In this document: piece after piece, positions 52,770 through 61,296 of the stretch
Layout of the letters: every line of letters starts with the position of its first letter
Position numbering within the stretch: the stretch's first letter is position 1
IMG/VR virus record: IMGVR_UViG_3300047160_003616
Location: 12,649-76,648 of that record
Strand: one strand, 5' to 3'
Length of the DNA: 64,000 bases
DNA from: a virus
Lineage: Duplodnaviria; Caudoviricetes
Translations under genes and position numbers: made by a program
Notes under the pieces: generated by a model
The model's database searches: none
The model's input: only the letters and a program-made list of their open reading frames with translations
What the model was told of the DNA's origin: nothing

Positions 52770-54467
52770 CTAGAGGCGATCCGCGACGAAGTCGCTGATC
52801 AGGTTGGGCACCGCGGCATCGAACCCGGCCACATCCAGCGAGCCCGGGTCGGTGGGATCGGCGATGGAGAAGTTGGTCGCGGTCATGCCGACGACCACCT
52901 CCTTCACGTCGTGCCCCACGTGCTGACGGTAGGACTTCAGCGCCTGGAACGGGTGTACGGAACCCGCCCAGGTCTCGTTGTCGGTGAGGACCACGATGCC
53001 GTCGAAGTCCAGGTGATGCTTCTGTGCCCAGATCATCGGCAGGCTGCAGTCCGTAGATCCGAACGGCAGCGCGTCGATGTAGGAGATCACGTCGTCCAGC
53101 CGACGCCGGGCGCTGATGTCCAGCCGGTCAATCGGGCCCCGCATGGGGGGCACAACCAGATTGCTGCGACCATAGCGGGTGTACCCGCCGCCGTAGCCAC
53201 CGGTGAACCCGACCACCTCGGTGGTGCCCGGTGCTTCGGTGGCCAGTGTCACCAGCGCCAGGGCGGCCGAAGCCTCCCGGCAGCTGATCGACAGGTCCCC
53301 GATGGTCGAGGTCATCGACCCGGACACGTCCAGGGCGAGCAGCAACCGCTTATTGGTCGGCTCCACCGCACCGAAGGCGTTGTAGAACGCGGTGTCCAAG
53401 GCGTCGGTCAGATGACGCAGCGGGGTCCAGGTGCTCTTGCCCCGGAAACCGTGACCGCTGGCGTAGGTGCGCTGCGCGATCAGCACGTTAATGGGGTGCA
53501 CCCGGCCAGCCTTGAGCTTCTCAGAGTCCATCAACTGGTCGGCCACCGCGGCAATCCACTGGCCCGTGCCACCGAATACATTGGTCAACCGGGGCAGCTG
53601 ACGCATCAGCGCGGTCTGGGGAACACCTTGCGCGAGCAGTGCCTCCCAGACCTCGGGCGACTTGAGCGCCTCGTCGGGCAACATTTCCCAGGTCATCCCG
53701 TGACCCCGGTTGATGATCTCCACCCACGCCTTGGCCGTGGTGGCGTCCTTGGCGTCCAGGTAATCCGCCATGATGGCCAATTCGCCGTCGATGGCAACAA
53801 CACCACCCTCTTCGACGCTGACGAACGGGATGACCCCACGGGCCACCCAGCCCAACAGGGCGTTACGGTCGGCCGAGATCTCCCCGGTCTTGCCCGCATA
53901 GCCCTTGACCAGGCGCAGCAGGTCGCGGTGCGACCAGTCCTCGCGGGCCCGGTACTTGGTGACCTGGTAGGCCAGCCTGTCCACCGGCTTGAGCTTGTAC
54001 CAGTTGCCGATGGCCCGGTTGAGGCTCGGCCCCCGGCCGCGGAACTGCTCCACGTACTTGTTGAACTGGAACAGCATGGTGCCGGTGCGGCAGACACGGT
54101 GCATGACCGCCAGCGCCTTCTGCCGGGTCTCGGTCGCGTCGGCAGACGCGGCGACGGCCAACGCGAAGATGGCCTGCTTGTTCTTGGGAGCGCGCCCGGC
54201 TTCAGAGACCGCCAGGATGTCGGCGATCATCTCGTCGGGCTTATTGGCTGCCATCCGAAACACGACCTCGGCGTTCTGGCGGGTCAACTCGGCGGCCGAC
54301 GTGTAATACGTGTTGCCGTCGGTGCCCAGCGTCAGAAACCGGTGGAAGCGGGCCTCGTCGCCAATCTCAAAGACGTAGCCGCTTGCGGTGTTTTTGACCT
54401 GATCCTGCCGCGCCTTCTGACCCTGCGGGGTCGAGCGCGTAGTGATCGAGGCCAGGATGTCAGCCAT
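52770..54467 (-). CDS. rsr: Ro60/TROVE-domain RNA-binding protein (Rsr ortholog)
   Basis: QVKN.ASGYVF, RF.RFL.LG.DG.TYY, KYR.RE.WSH.DLLRL, vWA MIDAS DVSGSM, G.TDCSLPM.WA, TDNETW; start MADIL after AAGGAG. Confidence 0.95.
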   Translation of the reverse strand: MADILASITTRSTPQGQKARQDQVKNTASGYVFEIGDEARFHRFLTLGTDGNTYYTSAAELTRQNAEVVFRMAANKPDEMIADILAVSEAGRAPKNKQAIFALAVAASADATETRQKALAVMHRVCRTGTMLFQFNKYVEQFRGRGPSLNRAIGNWYKLKPVDRLAYQVTKYRAREDWSHRDLLRLVKGYAGKTGEISADRNALLGWVARGVIPFVSVEEGGVVAIDGELAIMADYLDAKDATTAKAWVEIINRGHGMTWEMLPDEALKSPEVWEALLAQGVPQTALMRQLPRLTNVFGGTGQWIAAVADQLMDSEKLKAGRVHPINVLIAQRTYASGHGFRGKSTWTPLRHLTDALDTAFYNAFGAVEPTNKRLLLALDVSGSMTSTIGDLSISCREASAALALVTLATEAPGTTEVVGFTGGYGGGYTRYGRSNLVVPPMRGPIDRLDISARRRLDDVISYIDALPFGSTDCSLPMIWAQKHHLDFDGIVVLTDNETWAGSVHPFQALKSYRQHVGHDVKEVVVGMTATNFSIADPTDPGSLDVAGFDAAVPNLISDFVADRL

Positions 54468-54507
54468 AACTTTCTTCTCCTTCTGGTTGGTGTTTCTTCG
54501 GTTGTGC

Positions 54508-54575
54508 GGCGCGGGCACGGGAACGTGGACCGGGTGTCTGAATGGTTTGATAACCGACCCTCTTCAGCTCGCGCC
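54508..54575 (-). ncRNA. Short Y RNA-like element 1 (68 nt)
   Basis: Terminal stem GGCGCG-A-GC/GC-C-CGCGCC plus GUCGGUUA motif. Confidence 0.75.
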
Positions 54576-54591
54576 ATGAAGTTGTGTGCGC

Positions 54592-54662
54592 GGGGCGGGC
54601 ACGTTAGTGATGACCGGGGTATCCATTTCCAGTAGGTAACCGACCATCGTCCAGCTCGCCCC
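54592..54662 (-). ncRNA. Short Y RNA-like element 2 (71 nt)
   Basis: Same terminal stem; second helix GAUGGUCGG/CCGGUCAUC. Confidence 0.75.
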
Positions 54663-54685
54663 AACGCAAAGCCTTTCAGGATAAG

Positions 54686-54827
54686 GGTGCGGGCACGGGT
54701 TTGCAACCGACATTTAGCTGCTCTACCAGGCTGAGCTACGCGCTCCGGGGTGGTTACCGGACCACGACTGGATTTGAACCAGCGACCCGCTCCTTAACTG
54801 GGTAACCGACCGCATTCAGCTCGCACC
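54686..54827 (-). ncRNA. YrlA-like Y RNA 3 with permuted tRNA domain
   Basis: T arm CUGGUUCAAAUCCAG precedes D arm UAGCUCAGCCUGGUAGAGC; closed acceptor stem. Confidence 0.85.
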
Positions 54828-54840
54828 GTTTGTCCTGTGG

Positions 54841-54984
54841 GGTGTGGGCACGGGATTGCAAACCGACTCGGGCTTGCGCCCTGGCGACTTAGGCCACTCG
54901 TCCATACGCCCGAAGGCGCACTGGGATTTGAACCCAGGCTCTCCCTTTTGCAGAAAGATAATCGACTCGCGTTCAGCTCACACC
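54841..54984 (-). ncRNA. YrlA-like Y RNA 4 with permuted tRNA domain
   Basis: T arm CUGGGUUCAAAUCCCAG, acceptor stem capped by UUCG, D arm GGACGAGUGGCCUAAGUC. Confidence 0.85.
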
Positions 54985-55004
54985 GACGTATGTAGTTGTC
55001 AAGT

Positions 55005-55126
55005 GAGGGTGCGGGCACGGGGTTGCCGACCGGGTAGCCCCGAAGGGCAATCACCCGCGAACGGGTGACAGGACTCGAACCTGCAATAACCATTGATAAC
55101 CGATCATGCTGTCAGCTCGCACCCTC
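55005..55126 (-). ncRNA. YrlA-like Y RNA 5
   Basis: T arm GCAGGUUCGAGUCCUGU, UUCG-capped acceptor stem, D arm replaced by GCCC-UUCG-GGGC. Confidence 0.8.
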
Positions 55127-55140
55127 ATCTTCAGTTTTAG

Positions 55141-55213
55141 GAGTCGGGCACGTTTGCAGCACCGGAGTGAACTTTTTGTTGTAAAGGTTAACCGACGCCA
55201 TCCAGCTCGACTC
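55141..55213 (-). ncRNA. Short Y RNA-like element 6 (73 nt)
   Basis: GAGUCG-A-GC/GC-C-CGACUC terminal stem, GUCGGUUA motif. Confidence 0.75.
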
Positions 55214-55224
55214 GCAACCGTCCC

Positions 55225-55253
55225 AGGTTAAACCCGATTTTTTATCTTTGCAA
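55225..55253 (-). promoter_or_regulatory. SigA-type promoter for the Y RNA-Ro60 operon
   Basis: TTGCAA-17 nt-TAACCT, 12 nt upstream of element 6. Confidence 0.6.
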
Positions 55254-55269
55254 CAGGTTTTTTGACCTG

Positions 55270-58200
55270 CTAGTTCAGGTAGTTCGGAGTGAAGCTGGCA
55301 CCGTAGGCGTAGGAGTGCGGGCTCAGGATCGCCACTTGCACGTAGAACTCCTGCACCGGGTCGGTACAGCTGGTGATCGCTAGTCCGGTATAGCGCAGCG
55401 CGGTCACATCCAGCAACGGATTTTCCCCGATGGACCCCATGCCCACCCGGTAGCGGATCTGGGCGATGTCGCACCACAGGTCGTTGAGGTACATCTCGTC
55501 GGCCGCATCGCCGCTGCAGGTGAACTCCACCGAGTACTGCTGGTCATCGACCTCGGGGATGGCGATGAAGTCCGACAGGTACTCAAACCAGTAGCCCACG
55601 ATGGGGGTGAAGGTCTCCTCGTAGATGTAGACCCCGTCGGAGATGCGCCGCAGTGCCACGGTCACCTGGTTGGCGTTGGCGTTGGGCTTGTAGTAGATGG
55701 CCCCGATGCGGAACAGTCCCCCGGCCACGAAGTTGAGCTGCTGGCGGATCTTCACCCCGGCGATCCCCGCGCCTGCGGCGCGGGTGAAGTGCAACACCCG
55801 CTTACCCTGGAAGGTGCGGTTGGGGTCGACCTGGATGGCCACCACGGCCCGCGGCTCGCCCCAGACGATGATCTGATCCGACCAGTCGGCGAAGGAGTCG
55901 GCCCACATGCCCGCCGGGATCTGGTCGGGGATCAGGGTGGTGTAGTAGGCCAGGTCGGTGGCCCCGACATTGGTGTCGTTGAGGTTTGGGGTGGCCCACA
56001 TGTCATCGGAGCGCACCAGCCCGGTGTCGGTGAACACACAGGTCACCTTGTTGAACTGGGAGGTGGTCTGGAAGTCGCGGAACAGGGTGCCCTCGGTGGC
56101 GTCGGTGGTGGACACCTCCACGGTGTCGAACCACACCTGCCCGGCGGTGGCCGAGGAGTCCACCACCAGGGCCAGCCGCATCACGTTGACCCCCGGCGGC
56201 ACGGTGAACCCGGTGGAGTCGGCCGCGGCGGCGGTGATCTGGACCCAGACGTTGCCCCCGGGGTCGGCCGGGGTGGACGCGGGCCACGGGCTGTAGGTCA
56301 GCCCGCGCACGTCGCTGGACACGAAGGGGGCGTCGGTCTCATCGACCCTGGGGACCGGGGCGTTGTAGTAGAACGCGCACAGCTGGATGGCCAGGGCCCC
56401 TGACGGGGCCGCCAGGCCGGTCCAGTGCGCCCACACGCTGGCGTCGATATGGGTGCCCGGGGTCACGTCCATGTAAGAGGACACCAGGGTCTTGGTGGTG
56501 CCGTCGGCGGTGACGGTGGCCGCCCCTAGATACCAGTGCCCGATGGCCGGGTCGAAGCTCCACACCCCGGTCTGCTGAATCCAGTTGTTGATGTCGGTGT
56601 CGAAATTGGAGTTGAGGATCTCGTAGGAGAACGGGGTGGCCGTGGTGATCGGCCCGGAGGCCAGGCTGGCGGTGTTGGTGGCCACCCAGGTGGCCACCGG
56701 GTCGTAGAGGCTGAAGGCGAACACGTCGGGGTCCTGCTCATTGATATAGGTGGTGACATAGGGCTGCACCTCGCGGATACCAGCGAAGTAACCCACCGCG
56801 GCATCGCGGGTCACCGTGCGCACGTCGTAGCGATGCACCATGGTGGTGGTGAACCGCAGCCGGGTGTCGGTGGTGATCACCCGCCCGGTGACCACGTCGG
56901 TCAGCGCCGTCAGCCCGTTCATCACGGCGGCGGGCAACCGCAGGGTACCGCCGGGGAACACCCACCAGTCGGCCCCCTGCTGGGGCAGCGTGGTCGGCGC
57001 GAAGGCGTTGTTGAGCAGCGGGGTGAAGGCGTCGGCCGGGTTGGAGCCGTTGGCCACCGGCAGCAGTGAGGAGGCCGCCAGTGCGGTGGCACCGGACTGG
57101 ATCAGCGGGGCCGAGGTGGTGACGTTGATCTGCTGGGCGGCCAGCGTGGTGGGATTGGGCACCTGGCGCTTGAACAGCCAGGGGGACGAGACCTCGGTGC
57201 GGGTCTGCTCGGTCAGCGAGAGGTCGACGGTGTTGGGCAGTGTGGAGGTGTTGTAGCCGGGACCGGTGGTCACGCTCATCGGGCTCACCGTCTGCCCGTA
57301 GAGGCTGTTGACCGCCTTGTTGATGGTGGATGGGTTGAGCCAGTTGACGCTGCCCACCCCCTGCAGCAGCACGTCGGCCCCCACCGTGAGCAGCCCCGCC
57401 AGCCCGGAGGGCCGCGGGCCGCTGGTGGTGATGGACTGGGTCACGCTGACCGGGAACACCTGATAAGAGGTCTGGATGCCCGCGTCATAGACCGGATAGG
57501 GTTCCGGGGTCAGGTTGGAGAACTCCAAGTTCAGGTACTTGCACGAAATCTGTTGGGGGAAGAAGAGTTTGCCCTTCTGGCAGAGGTAATCACGCCAGAC
57601 CGGAGTCCAGGTCTTCTCGGTGTAGTGGGTGGCGTCCCCGCCCCCGGTGCCATGCTCCTGCATCACCCAGGCCGCCGCATAGATGGCGTTGTCTAAGGAG
57701 GTGGCCGGGATGTTGCCGTGTGAGTCTGGGATCACCGGGTCGGGGGATACGTAGACCTGTGGGTTGGCCATGAAGCTGGGGACCGCGGTCGCCCAGTTTT
57801 CCAACTTGATCACGTGTGCGGTGAACAGCCCGCGGAAGTCATGGAAGCCGATGGTGCCGTCGAAGCTCATCTGGGTACAGGCGGGCGGCAGTGGCTGGCT
57901 TACCGTGCCCAGCACCGCCTGGCGGGAGGTGGTCACCTCGATGAACACCGTGGGCGAGGGGGAATACTCCCAGCCGACCATGATGCGCAGCGGGGTGTAC
58001 TGGGTGGGCAGCGGGGATAGCGGGCAACCGGGCAGACCGCTGCCGGGGCCGTAGGTGGTGGTGCCGTCGGTCAGTTTCAAGACGATCTCCGCGGCCCCCA
58101 CGTCGTAGTAGATGGTGGGGCAGAACTGCCCGGTGGTCGGATTGGCCGGGACGACCTGCAACAGGATCGGGTTTTGCGGCGGGCCACCGGGTTGCCCGCC

Positions 58201-59568
58201 GGTCACGACGGTGGTCACGGTAACCCCGCCCCCGGTCAGGTTGGTGATGTCGGGGACCAGGTTGGCGATGGCCTGGGCACCCAGGTTGTTCAGGAAGGTC
58301 ACCGTCCATGGCCCTCCGGCCAGCCCGGAGGTCACCAGCAGATTGCCCGCGCCGATGGAGGACATGCCGACCAGCGCGGACTGCAGCGCGGACGGGGCGG
58401 CGTTGTAGGGGATCGGCACCGAGATGGCCCCGCCGTAGGACAGCGTGAAGGTGCCCCCGGTCGGGGACCCGGTGACCACGATGGTCTGCTCGGCATTGGA
58501 GTAGCCCGGGTTGAAGTCCGGGGTCCACTCGATGCCGACCCAGGCGTCCTGATTCTTCAATGGCCCGGCGGCGAACGGGAACTTGTAGTCGGTGGTGCCC
58601 CCGACATCGGAGATGTCCCAGCGCCCGGTGCCCTGCTGCCACTGGGTGTTCTCGTCAGTGGTGGGCACCGCGGTGACCGGGGAGAGCTTGCGGGTGCCCA
58701 CCGAGTCGTCGTTGGAGTAGTACACGTTGAGCATCTGCCCGGCATAGACCGGGTCCAGATACAGCGTGTCCATCAGCTGCGCGGCCCCGCCCGCGTTCCG
58801 CACGTCCAGGTAGAGATTCACCACGGCGGCCGGATCGGGCTGGGGCATCGACTTCCAGTAGGTGTGCGGGTGGTTGTCAAAACACTTGGCGGCGTCCCAG
58901 TGCTTGAGGTAGGACGCGAAGATGTTGCCGACCGGGTCCTGTGCGGGCTCGATGCCCTGGGTGCCGTCGGCCAGCGTGTAGATGTTGCGCCGGATCAGCC
59001 CGTTGCGGATACCCACCACGTAGGGCTGGGTGCCCACCAGCGGGTCGTAGACCCGGGTGATACGCCACTGCACCGCTTTGGCCACGATGGGATAGCAGTA
59101 GAAGTGCGCGGTATACCAGGCCTGCGTCTGGGAAACCGACAGGTCCACGGTGAGCGGGTTCATGGTCTCGTCACAGATCGCCCGCCAGTTGTTGAGCCGG
59201 TCCAGATACCACAGCTCGATGTGACAGCCCACCCGCAGCGCGTCGAAACCCATCTCCGAAACGGAAAGCGGCAGTTTGAAGTTGACCGTGAGCACCTCGG
59301 TCAGCGACTGGGGCAAAGCGGCCGAATTGGCCGGGCGCGGCTGGCTAAACCACATCCGTAGCGCCGGGGGCTGCACCACCTGTGGGGTGTTGGGATCGCC
59401 TTGGGTGTTGGCGCAGCACTGTTGCAGCAGGCTGTAGAGCCCCAGCGGGATGGAGAAGTCGACGTACATCCCCTCGACGGCGGAGGTGAGCGCGGTGCTG
59501 GCGGCATTGGCGATGGAGGTGACCGCGGAGACCGCGGAGTTCAGGGCGGCTCCGATGGCGGCGGTCAT
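55270..59568 (-). CDS. Large virion structural protein (baseplate/tail, carbohydrate-binding-like domains)
   Basis: 1432 aa, beta-rich, follows baseplate genes; EQTIVVTGSPTGGTFTLSY repeat-type motif. Confidence 0.75.
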   Translation of the reverse strand: MTAAIGAALNSAVSAVTSIANAASTALTSAVEGMYVDFSIPLGLYSLLQQCCANTQGDPNTPQVVQPPALRMWFSQPRPANSAALPQSLTEVLTVNFKLPLSVSEMGFDALRVGCHIELWYLDRLNNWRAICDETMNPLTVDLSVSQTQAWYTAHFYCYPIVAKAVQWRITRVYDPLVGTQPYVVGIRNGLIRRNIYTLADGTQGIEPAQDPVGNIFASYLKHWDAAKCFDNHPHTYWKSMPQPDPAAVVNLYLDVRNAGGAAQLMDTLYLDPVYAGQMLNVYYSNDDSVGTRKLSPVTAVPTTDENTQWQQGTGRWDISDVGGTTDYKFPFAAGPLKNQDAWVGIEWTPDFNPGYSNAEQTIVVTGSPTGGTFTLSYGGAISVPIPYNAAPSALQSALVGMSSIGAGNLLVTSGLAGGPWTVTFLNNLGAQAIANLVPDITNLTGGGVTVTTVVTGGQPGGPPQNPILLQVVPANPTTGQFCPTIYYDVGAAEIVLKLTDGTTTYGPGSGLPGCPLSPLPTQYTPLRIMVGWEYSPSPTVFIEVTTSRQAVLGTVSQPLPPACTQMSFDGTIGFHDFRGLFTAHVIKLENWATAVPSFMANPQVYVSPDPVIPDSHGNIPATSLDNAIYAAAWVMQEHGTGGGDATHYTEKTWTPVWRDYLCQKGKLFFPQQISCKYLNLEFSNLTPEPYPVYDAGIQTSYQVFPVSVTQSITTSGPRPSGLAGLLTVGADVLLQGVGSVNWLNPSTINKAVNSLYGQTVSPMSVTTGPGYNTSTLPNTVDLSLTEQTRTEVSSPWLFKRQVPNPTTLAAQQINVTTSAPLIQSGATALAASSLLPVANGSNPADAFTPLLNNAFAPTTLPQQGADWWVFPGGTLRLPAAVMNGLTALTDVVTGRVITTDTRLRFTTTMVHRYDVRTVTRDAAVGYFAGIREVQPYVTTYINEQDPDVFAFSLYDPVATWVATNTASLASGPITTATPFSYEILNSNFDTDINNWIQQTGVWSFDPAIGHWYLGAATVTADGTTKTLVSSYMDVTPGTHIDASVWAHWTGLAAPSGALAIQLCAFYYNAPVPRVDETDAPFVSSDVRGLTYSPWPASTPADPGGNVWVQITAAAADSTGFTVPPGVNVMRLALVVDSSATAGQVWFDTVEVSTTDATEGTLFRDFQTTSQFNKVTCVFTDTGLVRSDDMWATPNLNDTNVGATDLAYYTTLIPDQIPAGMWADSFADWSDQIIVWGEPRAVVAIQVDPNRTFQGKRVLHFTRAAGAGIAGVKIRQQLNFVAGGLFRIGAIYYKPNANANQVTVALRRISDGVYIYEETFTPIVGYWFEYLSDFIAIPEVDDQQYSVEFTCSGDAADEMYLNDLWCDIAQIRYRVGMGSIGENPLLDVTALRYTGLAITSCTDPVQEFYVQVAILSPHSYAYGASFTPNYLN

Positions 59569-61067
59569 GAGGTCCTCACGAAGTTAACTGGATTACCCGG
59601 CTCGGGGATCAACATCCCGGTGGGATCGCTGCGCTGCCGGGTGATGGACACCGAGATTGTGGACTCCTTGGCCGGGGGATAGTAGGCGATGGCCAGATCC
59701 GGGGTGAACACCATGGCCGCCGAGGAGATGGTCTGCACCGGCAGCTGGTAGCCGGTCGGGGTGGTCTGCCCGCCCAGCGCCAGCACCTGCAGGGTCTTGT
59801 GGTCCACGTAGTCGGCCTGGCTGGTGTAGGGGAAGACATACGGCGTGCCGTCGGGGTTGAGCGCCGGGGGCGTCTGCGGATGGATGCCGTATTTGCCGCC
59901 GGGATAGTTGTCCGGGGAATCAGCGGTCTCAAACGGGATGGTGGCGGTGTACTGCCCGGTCTCGTTGAACACCTGGAAGTTGGCCTCGGTGCGGTAGGTG
60001 CTCATCGGATCGGCGTTGGTGGTGTCGATGGTGCCGTAGGTGACCGAGTCGATAGGGCTGCGCTTGCCCCCGCCCACCAGGTAGTAGTAGCCGAACTCAG
60101 CACTGATATTGAACGCGGTGTAGGGGGCCAGAGTGGGATCGGATTGTGCGTCGTAGAGCCAGGTTTCGCTGGGCAACAGGTCGATGGGCAGCATCTCGGG
60201 CGGCGGCAGCTGGGCCAGTATCGGGGTGGCGGTGACCTTCTTCTCCACCTGGTAGTAGGTGGAGTCGCTGGCGGCGGTCTGCACCGGTATCGGGGAGTTG
60301 ACCGCCAGCCCGTTGGCGTTGACGGTGAAGATCACGTCGATGGGCCCGATCTTGTCCAACATGTCGCGGCACAGCCGGATCTCCTCGGGGGCCAACGGGT
60401 TCTTGTAGGGCCTAATCGCCACCTCGTTGCGCACCCCGCGCTGCTGCACCGACCACGGCGGGCCGTTGGCGGCGACGTAGGTCGCAGCGTCGGCCTCGGT
60501 CTCAAAGATCTCCTCGGCCCCGGTGACCAGGTTGACCGCGACATAGACGGTGGGCGTGGGGGCCCGGCCCAGATCGGCGGTCAGCCCGTAGTTGTCCCGG
60601 TAGCGCCACACCTCGTAGATGTCGCAGTCCACCCCGACGGCGGCCTGGATCGTCATGCGGATGCCGTTGGGCGTGCCGCCGAGGTTGCAGGCCTGGAAGA
60701 AGTCCACGATGCGTGCCCGGTACCAGGCGTCCTTGACCCGGATCTCGTCCCACTGGTCGCTGGTGAGCTGATCGAGCATGCCGTTCCACGGGTAGGACTC
60801 GGCCGGGGAACGGGCCAGGAAGTTGATCTTGCCGAAGATGTAGTCCAGCTCGTTGAAATACACCGTCTGCAGCGCCCCGCCGAGCCGGGCCAGGAACACC
60901 TGGTTGGTCAGCGACCCGGCCCCGGTGGTACCGCACAGCGCGTCCACGAACTTGTACAGGTTGGTGTCAGGCGTTGCGGTGTAGACGTATTCGTCAAAAT
61001 GGGCCAGCCGCGCCTCGGTGGACCGGGGCGGCATGAGCGGGAACGGGTCGGTGGTGCCCACAATCAT
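59565..61067 (-). CDS. Baseplate-associated structural protein
   Basis: 500 aa immediately downstream of baseplate J; LD.IFG, ACN.GGT..GI. Confidence 0.7.
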   Translation of the reverse strand: MIVGTTDPFPLMPPRSTEARLAHFDEYVYTATPDTNLYKFVDALCGTTGAGSLTNQVFLARLGGALQTVYFNELDYIFGKINFLARSPAESYPWNGMLDQLTSDQWDEIRVKDAWYRARIVDFFQACNLGGTPNGIRMTIQAAVGVDCDIYEVWRYRDNYGLTADLGRAPTPTVYVAVNLVTGAEEIFETEADAATYVAANGPPWSVQQRGVRNEVAIRPYKNPLAPEEIRLCRDMLDKIGPIDVIFTVNANGLAVNSPIPVQTAASDSTYYQVEKKVTATPILAQLPPPEMLPIDLLPSETWLYDAQSDPTLAPYTAFNISAEFGYYYLVGGGKRSPIDSVTYGTIDTTNADPMSTYRTEANFQVFNETGQYTATIPFETADSPDNYPGGKYGIHPQTPPALNPDGTPYVFPYTSQADYVDHKTLQVLALGGQTTPTGYQLPVQTISSAAMVFTPDLAIAYYPPAKESTISVSITRQRSDPTGMLIPEPGNPVNFVRTS

Positions 61068-61094
61068 CTTCCTTTAGCTAAAATCGACAATCTC

Positions 61095-61153
61095 GGCTGG
61101 GCCAGGCTGGACATGACCAGGCGGGGCCTGGCAAGGCAAGGCAAGGGTTTTAC
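61095..61153 (+). ncRNA. Orphan GGC-NN pentamer unit (seventh copy)
   Basis: 10 pentamers ending GGCAA-GGGTTTTAC; TAAAAT at 61079-84 upstream. Confidence 0.7.
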
Positions 61154-61239
61154 TTCAGCTGATTCATGCCCTGAATCCATCTCCAAATCACATAGAGCAA
61201 TACACAGAGGCCGATGATGACGGCGATCAGGGTGAGCAT
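61150..61239 (-). CDS. 29 aa membrane peptide
   Basis: MLTLIAVIIGLCVLLYVIWRWIQGMNQLK. Confidence 0.45.
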   Translation of the reverse strand: MLTLIAVIIGLCVLLYVIWRWIQGMNQLK

Positions 61240-61296
61240 CAGGTCCCTCTTCTCGACGGGGCCCCCTCCGGGGGCCCGAGCAAAAATGATCTTGAT

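Noticed and set aside
54468-54518. Longer Ro60 start (MPAPHN...)
   Set aside because: Overlaps Y RNA element 1; the SD AAGGAG precedes ATG 54467
52614-54635. 673 aa plus-strand ORF
   Set aside because: Antisense shadow of Ro60 caused by GC3 bias; the same applies to long plus-strand ORFs over dnaE, primase and baseplate genes
54686-55126. tRNA genes
   Set aside because: T arm precedes D arm, acceptor stem is loop-closed, no anticodon arm or CCA end; matches YrlA-type mimics instead
61095-61239. Orphan unit targeting the adjacent membrane ORF (RWIQ similarity)
   Set aside because: Only four dinucleotides match and the register breaks; treated as coincidence
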